Below, piece after piece: positions 56,101 to 64,000 of a DNA stretch of 64,000 nt (position 1 is its first letter; the number at the start of each line of letters is the position of its first letter). Location: NCBI GenBank assembly GCA_964016885.1, contig OZ024742.1, positions 266,600,001-266,664,000 on the forward strand. Direction: 5' to 3'. Source of the DNA: Eledone cirrhosa (Eukaryota). The position numbers were made by a program, and so were the translations under genes. Below the pieces are notes generated by a model, which saw only the letters and a program-made list of their open reading frames with translations, made no database searches and was not told the origin of the DNA.

Positions 56101-57478
56101 CGCGTGGCCCACATTTGTTTATAATAGTGAGAGATGGGGAGAGGGAGAGAGACGGAGGCTGTAAATGAAAGTATTTTATTACATCTTGTTTGGTGTATGA
56201 CCATGGAAATATTTATAGAACTGAGATATAGAAGCAATGTCTAAACAATGAGAGGGGATACTGGAGTTTAGATACCAAAATAAGACTCACTTTTGAATTC
56301 AGTCAGAGAGAAACAATGATTTCTAACTTTGGCACACACACAAGGCCAGTAATTTTAAGGGAAGGGAGTGTTGGTTATATTGACTCCAGTACTTGACTGG
56401 TATTTTATTTTATTTACCCTAGAAGGATGAAAGGCAAAATTGACCTCAGCCGGATTTCAATTCAGCAGTAAGCAACTACCTCTAGTACGGTGGTTTTTAG
56501 GCTTAAAAAAGTTATTTCATTTATCTATTTATTTATTTATGCAATTTCAGATAAGATTCAAAGCCTAAAATCACATTGAACTAGAAAAAAAAAAATGGTT
56601 TATTGCTGATAATATATTATATGGCTCCGAAAGTCTAAGTTATACTTTTGTACAAAAAAAACAAAACAAAAACAAACACAAAAACGCTTTTTATATTAAA
56701 AACAACATTCTCGACCCCTGATGTAGTAGATAAGCATCTCCAATCTGCAGATATACCTGTAGTGTAAGCTGCAGCTGCGCCTCAGCAATTTGGAATATCA
56801 TCTTTTAAAGACTGTTACATCAAAAGAAAACTACACATGCAGAATCGCCAACAACGCTTGATATATCTATATCTACACCCCCCACACACACACACATACA
56901 TACATATATCTATGTATTAATTTCAACAATGTCAGTATTCCGTGTGTCATAATTCTCGATTATCATTGGTTCATAGGTTTCAAACGACCCCGCCAACCTC
57001 ACCGACACCAAACTTAAATTAATATGCCTAATGCCAATGAGGGAGTGAGAGGGTAGAGAGTCAAAGTGAACGCTGTCTTGGATACACTATCTATATGTGT
57101 CAGTGTACAGACATGTGTGTGTGGAAATAAGAGGGGAAGGAAAGCAATAACTATTAACATGTGTGCGTGTGTATGTACGTGCGCGTATGTTTATGTGTGT
57201 GTGTGCGTGCGTGCAGCGTTCCACAGAAAGTAAAAACTATCAACATATGTGAGTGTGTGCGTGTGTGTAAGTGCACGGGTGTGTGTGTCAGTTTGCATGC
57301 GTGTGCGCGTTTCCATGCGTGTATGTGTGTGTACGTGCGGCGTTCTACAATCGCCACGCAGTTTATCTGTCTGTGTGCCTGGCTGTCAGTCTAACATACA
57401 CAGAGTTGGGAAGGGAGTAAATAGGGACCTTTTCTTTACATTGACAGACATCTTTTATATTAATTATCTATATCTATA

Positions 57479-57823
57479 TCTACATATAATATAAAAGATT
57501 GGAACTTCCATCATCCTTTTGAGAAACGTGGAACAACCACGTCTATGCAATGATACACGTTTTACAGTTAGGCAGAAGATCAACCATCTCCTAGAGGTCA
57601 CTATTCTAGGTGGGAGCACCTAGAATTGTTCATATACTATGCACAAATGGTACAACGAAGAATCTGGTATATTTGGAAGATGTTTTTACTGTTTTTTGTA
57701 TCACACAGACACCACGACCTCGCCTCATACTGTAACCAGACAAACATCCAATACACCCATTTTCTCTTTTACCTGTTTTCTCTTATCATCTGTTTACCCG
57801 GGCGAAGGTGGGTACGTCAGCTA

Positions 57824-57824
<1 letters not shown>
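57479..57824 (+). mobile_element. Short non-autonomous Helitron-like element
   Basis: 5' TCTACATATAATATAAAA and 3' ACCCGGGCGAAGGTGGGT then CTAG, followed by T. Confidence 0.6.
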
Positions 57825-57890
<66 letters not shown>

Positions 57891-57989
57891 TATTGAAGTT
57901 TCCGTTGAAAATTGAAAAAGTCATAGGAGTGAAGAGTGCTCTATGTAAGTACCAGAGCTAAATTTAATGTATAATAAACAATACAATAT

Positions 57990-58067
57990 GATTACCTCAT
58001 TACCAGAGGTTTCCCGAATAAGACAAATACGAAAAACGTCCTCATTCGTTCATCGGACAAGGCAATT
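57990..58067 (-). ncRNA. Hammerhead with C4 core in inverted pLTR
   Basis: The minus strand reads AATTGCCTTGT [CCGATGA] aCGAATGAGGAC..GTCTTATTCGg [GAAA]CCTCTGG[TA] ATGAGGTAAT. Confidence 0.75.
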
Positions 58068-58679
58068 TAAAACACAGTGAAATATTTGAAAAATCTCCTC
58101 AAGAAAGGCAAGAGTTTAACGGGCAAAAAGAAAATATATATAAATAAAAGTAATGCAAGATATATATAAAAAAATAAGGAAATATAGTTAGGGTATGTGT
58201 ATATGTATATATATATTCACTCACAAATGTACATATGTGTGTATGTACAAATGCATGTGTATAGTAAAAATGTGTGCGTAAGTACATATATGAGGGCAAG
58301 TATATTTGTGTATGTGTGACCACAAATACGTATATAATATGAGTTGAAAGAGAAATTGAAAGATAATATAGTTAACATACATCCAGATACAGGTATTGAA
58401 TATATACACATACGAGTATGAAAGCACGCGTATAAACACACACACACGCGCGATCACTTATATGCGGGAGATAAAGAGTGAAGGGAGTGTAATAGTAAAA
58501 GGAGTGTCATTCTCGATACATGTATAAAAATGAAACAATATATGAGAATGAAAAGATTCTTAAAATCAAAGAGAAAGTAAGAGGGAGGGGTTATCAATTA
58601 TAAATTAACACTAGAAAAAAAGAAAACAAACAAAGGTACGCACGTACACACACATATATATATATATAAAAATATAATG

Positions 58680-60472
58680 ATATTTCAATATTCAAATCCT
58701 CAAAAAATAAGTTCATTTTCTCCGACAAAACTAAAAACTTATACGAAGTTAATAATAATTTACATGACCAACTCTTAATAGATAACATCACCTCTAAATA
58801 CCAAATAGCTAATATAATCACGTATAATAATATAAATAAGGAAGCTAAAGAATTAGCTAGTGTTTTAAAAATAGATAATAGAACAGAAAAACTTGCTAAA
58901 CGTAATGCCTATATCACCCTCAAAGATCACAAACCTGATTTTATTAATCGTCCTAGTTGTAGATTAATCAACCCTGCTAAGACTGATATCGGTCTTGCTA
59001 GCAACATTTTTTAAAATAATATAAACACAGATTAGAAGTAAGCCTGAATTACTCCAATGGATAAATAGCTCTTCCGTAGTACATTGGTTTAATAATATTA
59101 AAGATAAATATAGTTCTAGATTCACCCAATTTGACATTGTAGACTTCTACCCGTCTATTACTCACCCTCTTTTAGCGAAAGCCTTAAATTTCGCAAGAAA
59201 GTTTATCAATATTTCTGATATTGAAGAGAATGTCAGCTTGGTTGCTAGAAACACTCTACTTTTTACTAATAATGACACTTGGGTAAAAATATCTAACCCA
59301 GAGAACTCATTCGATGTCTGAATGGGTTCTTTTGACAGTGCTGATGTTTGTGATTTAGTCGGCCTATTCTTCCTACACACACTTAAAGAGAAATTCCCTA
59401 ACCATATTTTTGGGCTTTACCGCGACGATGGTCTAATACTTTCCCATACCACCATAAGCCATAACTTAGATAGATTAAGGAAAGACTTAATAAAAACCTT
59501 CGTTAGTTTTAATCTTAAAATTACTATTGACACTAAACTTTCCAATGTTAATTTTCTAGATATAAACCTAGATCTGCCTACTGCTTCTTATAAACCGTAC
59601 CATAAACCTAATGAAAATTTAAAATATATAAATAAAGGCTCTTGCCATCCTCCTATAGTTTTTAAAAACCTTATCCCTAATATTAGCCGTAGGATCTCCA
59701 CCCTCTCTTCCTCAGAAGCTATTTTCAATAAGGCATCCCCCTACTATAATAAAGCCCTACTATAATAAAGCTCTTAAAATAGCGGATTTAGCGAACCGAT
59801 TAAGTACATACCCAACAATACTAACTCCTTTAAACATAATAATAGGAAAAGAAAAATAATCTGGTCCACACCCCCTACTCTTTAGCAGTTAAAACTAATG
59901 TTGGCAAGAAATTCCTAGAGCTCTTAGATAAACATTTCCCTAGAACACATAGATACTATAAGATCTTCAATAGAAACTGTGTCAAAATTAGCTACTCCTG
60001 CGGTCCCCCTATTAAATCTTAATACGAAAAAGGTAAATGCAACACCAAAGCCATTGTATATGCGGCTAAAGTGACAACCATCAGCAACAACCTACCAGCC
60101 ACCAGCGAACGATATGTGGGTATGACACAAGACAAATTCAAAACGCGTTATTACTCACATATCGCATCTTTCCGACATCCAGAAAAAAGATTTACAACAG
60201 CTCTGGCTAGCAGAATATGGGATTTGAAAGACCAAGGTATCCAATATAAATTGGATTGGTCAATTTTGAACCTATCTAAAGATTATGCAAGAGGAACAAG
60301 AAGATGCACACTCTGCATAAGTGAAAAATATTGGATTTTACAGAACCTTAAATCACCAAAAACCTGCCTAAACGCAAAAACAGAAATTTTTACCAGTTGC
60401 CCACACACGAAATCACACTTGCTCTCCAGCTCATATAAACTTAACTCACTTTCAGATACTTATCACCCATAA
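58680..60472 (+). pseudogene. PLE RT-GIY-YIG ORF, 5'-truncated and frameshifted
   Basis: ORF pieces 59322-59765 and 60071-60472 plus upstream frames. A short tandem duplication at ~59740-59772 breaks the frame. Confidence 0.85.
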
Positions 60473-61010
60473 ACTCTTGTTCTTCACTTTCCTTAAATTA
60501 TCCTCTTTACAGACTTCTCTTTCTGATTTACTTACATTTTTAACTTTATTTTTAATTTTATTTTTATTTTTACTTCACATCCACCAGTAACCCCCCTACT
60601 TCTTTTTGATTCACTTACCTAATATCTTCATATTCCAGAATTTACTTCCCCATTTTCTTTCACTACCTGATAACACTTGTCACTTGCGTTTTCAACTCCA
60701 GATATATTCTGTTGTTTCGCAGCCGCTTTTATATTTGTACTCATTTATTCATACAGCTGGTTTATAATTTGTATCTATGCGTGTTTTTTACATACTTATT
60801 TATACGTGTGTGTGTATGTGGGTGAATGTATGTGTATATGTATGTGTATATGTATATATGTGTATATGTATGTATGGGTGTTTATGTATATATATATAGT
60901 CGCGTACGTACGTGTGATTAGATATACATGTGGCGATATATATATATATATATATATATGGGCTTCGTGTGTATGTATGTACGCATGTATGCGCTTTTGT
61001 CTGTACCTAG

Positions 61011-61063
<53 letters not shown>

Positions 61064-61672
61064 TATATTTTTATATATATATATATGTGTGTGTACGTGC
61101 GTACCTTTGTTTGTTTTCTTTTTTTCTAGTGTTAATTTATAATTGATAACCCCTCCCTCTTACTTTCTCTTTGATTTAAAATATTTTTTCATTCTCATAT
61201 ATTGTTTCATTTTTATACATGTATCGAGAATGACACTCCTTTTACTATTACACTCCCTTCCCTCTTTATCTCCCGCATATAAGTGATCGCGCGTGTGTGT
61301 GTGTTTATACGCGCGCTTTCATACTCGTATGTGTATATATTCAATACCTGTATCTGGATGTATGTTAACTATATTATCTTACAATTTCTTTTTCAACTCA
61401 TATTATATACGTATTTGTGGTCACACATACACAAATATACTTGCCCTCATATATGTACTTACGCACACATTTTCACTATACACATGCATTTGTACATACA
61501 CACATATGTACATTTGTGAGTGAATATACATACATATACACATACCCTAACTATATTTCCTTATTTTTTTATATATCTCTTGCATTACTTTTATTTATAT
61601 ATATATATATATATTATGCCCGTTAAACTCTTGCCTTTCTTGAGATTTTTTCAAATATTTCACTATGTTTTA

Positions 61673-61750
61673 AATTGCCTTGTCCGATGAACGAATGAGG
61701 ACGTTTTTCGTATTCGTCTTATTCGGGAAACCTCTGGCAATGAGGTAATT
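61673..61750 (+). ncRNA. Hammerhead with C4 core in 3' pLTR (cleavage triplet mutated to GCA)
   Basis: An 11-bp stem I AATTGCCTTGT/ATGAGGTAATT, CCGATGA at 61684 and GAAAC at 61727. Confidence 0.7.
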
Positions 61751-61799
61751 ATATTGTATTGTTTATTATACATTATATATATATATATATATATTGTTA

Positions 61800-62565
61800 T
61801 ACTTTGGGAGGGTCATGTTGCCAATAAGAAACACACGCACCAGTTGCTTTCACTTCAATTTATTATATATTTATAAATTTATAAATTTACAAATCTACAA
61901 ACTTATATATTTCTGGTTGGTTGGTTGGTTCCACAACCAGATAGTTGTTTATATATAGTCATAGTCCTTTCGTCACACACTCTGTGACCTCTTCAGTGAC
62001 TGGGGATTCCTTTCTTTGTTTCTGTGCCTTTCCTTTCTTCTGTCCTACGCCATTTTGTTTCTGTGTATGTGTTGTGTGCTCAGTTTGCGCATGCGCCACA
62101 TCCGGATGTCTGTGTGTGTTTGTGTTCATTTATCTATTTGTTTATTTATTTATTTATTTATTGTTGGTTGGTTGTTTGTTCTATGTGTGTGTGTGTTTTC
62201 ATTTTGTCCTTAATTGTAAGTTGTGATGTTGCTGTTCCACTCATATTTTCTATTTAATTTTGTTTGTAATTCTTTTATGCTTACTGCCTCTGTAATTTGC
62301 CTAAACATTGCATCTTTTCTGTGTGTGGATTCTATTTTTATTTCTATGTTCTCTAATTTACCCCTGTGTTCTATCTTAGCATGTTGGTAGAGCACAGATG
62401 ATTCTTTATTATCTTGAAGGTCTCGCCAGTGTTCATTTATTCGTTCCCCTATACTACGAGCTGTCTCACCTATGTACACTATATTTTTGTTTCTACATTG
62501 TCCTTCAGTACATCTTATGCTATACACTACATTTCTAGTTTTACAGTTAATATGGGGGCTTATTT
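61800..62565 (-). mobile_element. Penelope-like element 3' part (GIY-YIG + pLTR)
   Basis: ORF 62210-62527 YSIRC..C..IVYIGETARSIGERINEH..RQITEAVSI, with a downstream HHR. Confidence 0.85.
61957..62001 (-). ncRNA. Type I hammerhead ribozyme
   Basis: The minus strand reads AGTCA [CTGAAGA] g GTCACA-gagtg-TGTGAC [GAAA]GGAC[TA] TGACT. Confidence 0.85.
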
Positions 62566-62569
62566 TACA

Positions 62570-62875
62570 GGTTATACAGGTTATGACCTTAGCAACCTGT
62601 GCCCTACAAGACCAGCATGAGGCAGACCACCTACCATTACCTCAATGGCCAAGAAAACCCACACAGATAGATGGAACGGGTGGACCAGAGCCATACGGAC
62701 ACCTGAAAACCACGATGAACTGAAGAAAATGATTGCACATGCGGTAGGGGCCAGCATAAAATTAACCCTTAAGGAACATATGTTCAAATTTAATGGTAAA
62801 ACATATGCCCAAGAGGAAGGAGCAGCCATTGGTGTTAGCATTGCAGGCGACATAGCTAACTTATTATGTATGTAA
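62570..62875 (+). mobile_element. PLE RT fragment, inverted relative to the adjacent GIY-YIG piece
   Basis: HMFKFNGKTYAQEEGAAIGVSIAGDIANL (RT motif B-like). Confidence 0.7.
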
Positions 62876-63073
62876 AGTAAAAGTTAAACAGAATTAACAA
62901 CATAATCGGTACAGAAGGGATATATTAGGTTAACGCTTGATATAGCAGGAAGAGGATCTTAACGTTTCGGACGCTAGTCCTTCATCAGAAGAAATAATAA
63001 GAAATAAAATAAATCGAGGGGACGGGTGTGTTGGAATTGGAAAAAATGTCTTTAGATAAAAATAACAGGTCCA

Positions 63074-63078
<5 letters not shown>
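62872..63078 (-). mobile_element. Solo pLTR fragment of the PLE family at 31445-33460
   Basis: Reverse complement is similar to 33258-33462. Confidence 0.8.
62957..62992 (-). ncRNA. Minimal PLE hammerhead, canonical core
   Basis: The minus strand reads TCTT [CTGATGA] a GGAC-tagc-GTCC [GAAA]CG[TT] AAGA. Confidence 0.8.
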
Positions 63079-63121
<43 letters not shown>

Positions 63122-63132
63122 ACACACAGAAC

Positions 63133-63245
<113 letters not shown>

Positions 63246-63274
63246 CACACAAACACACACACACACTTATATAC

Positions 63275-63411
63275 TGTAGCTGTGGGGCTATATCAATGAC
63301 TCGAAATTCAGGAGTTGCTGCTTAACTGACCTCTTCGAAATCAGTTTCGAAGAAGTCACTTCAGCACGAAACCTCTGTTTCTCGAGTCATTGGCATAACT
63401 TCACAGTTATA
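63275..63411. repeat. ~135-bp imperfect hairpin
   Basis: CAATGACTCGA/TCGAGTCATTG and TGACcTCTTCGAAA-tcag-TTTCGAAGAaGTCA. Confidence 0.7.
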
Positions 63412-63890
63412 ATAAAATATCCATCTCCCTGTCCATGTACAGAGTTGTGTTTATCCCGTTAGCACAGCCAAACCTGTACATAAAGAAAGTGAAGCAGGAA
63501 TGAGAGATGCTTTTGAGCTATAATTTTAATGAATAACTGTCTTGTAAATTCGGTTTCATTTGGAGTTGTTTTTTGCATTTAACAGACCAACAATATAACG
63601 CCAACTTAATAAAATTAACAAAATGCAAAAAAAAAAAAACAAGACAAAAAAAAAACTGAAATGATAAATGCCATTCACACAAGTTTTCTCTAGCAATAGT
63701 TGTCACTATATGCAATAATTAAAACGTTTGCTATCACATAAATTCACCATATTTCCTAATAAGAATTCAACATCTTTCCAAGCGACTTGTTTGACGCCAC
63801 CAAGAGTATTTATTTTGTGTTATATTAAATTTTCACATTATATCATTTCCATTTATTAATTTGCAAATGGCAGCTGTTCGTTTTTTATCC

Positions 63891-63938
<48 letters not shown>

Positions 63939-64000
63939 GTTGGTGAAGCCACGCTTCTTATCGCCTCCAGTCTTTTTCAACGTTTTACCTCTTTTTCAAC

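Larger units (their letters stand above)
57963..61776 (+). mobile_element. Naiad-like Penelope element with ~700-bp inverted 5' pLTR copy
   Basis: RT motifs ITLKDHKPDFINRPSCRLINPAK, QFDIVDFYPSI, MGSFDSADVCDLVG and GLYRDDGL, plus GIY-YIG YVGMTQDKFKTRYYSH..CTLC. 57963-58675 is the reverse complement of ~61063-61776. Confidence 0.9.

Noticed and set aside
63340-63385. TCGAAGA...GAAAC inside the hairpin as a hammerhead
   Set aside because: The core is doubly mismatched and there is no stem I.

Overview
This is an AT-rich, microsatellite-dense animal genomic window with no confidently intact host gene. The repeat landscape resembles a coleoid cephalopod such as Octopus, which is an inference only. 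Most of it is decayed retroelements: three same-strand L1/Tx1-like LINE copies (0.1-13.4 kb), R4/Dong-, RTE- and CRE-like LINE fragments, several Penelope-like elements (PLEs), tRNA-derived SINEs and two short Helitron-like elements. The main result, read by eye, is more than 20 type I hammerhead ribozyme (HHR) motifs. Eleven lie in two related, non-coding tandem arrays (310-bp and 316/318-bp monomers). Each array has two oppositely oriented arms inserted in (TA)n, and the families share a covarying RNA structure, consistent with non-LTR retrozymes (circular-RNA retroelements mobilised by PLEs). A third 420-bp HHR repeat, a ~0.8-kb spacerless palindrome carrying an HHR in each polarity, and PLE-linked HHRs with unusual cores (U3-A8, C4) or very long stem II are also present. 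All structures are manual predictions, ribozyme activity is untested, and element boundaries are approximate.
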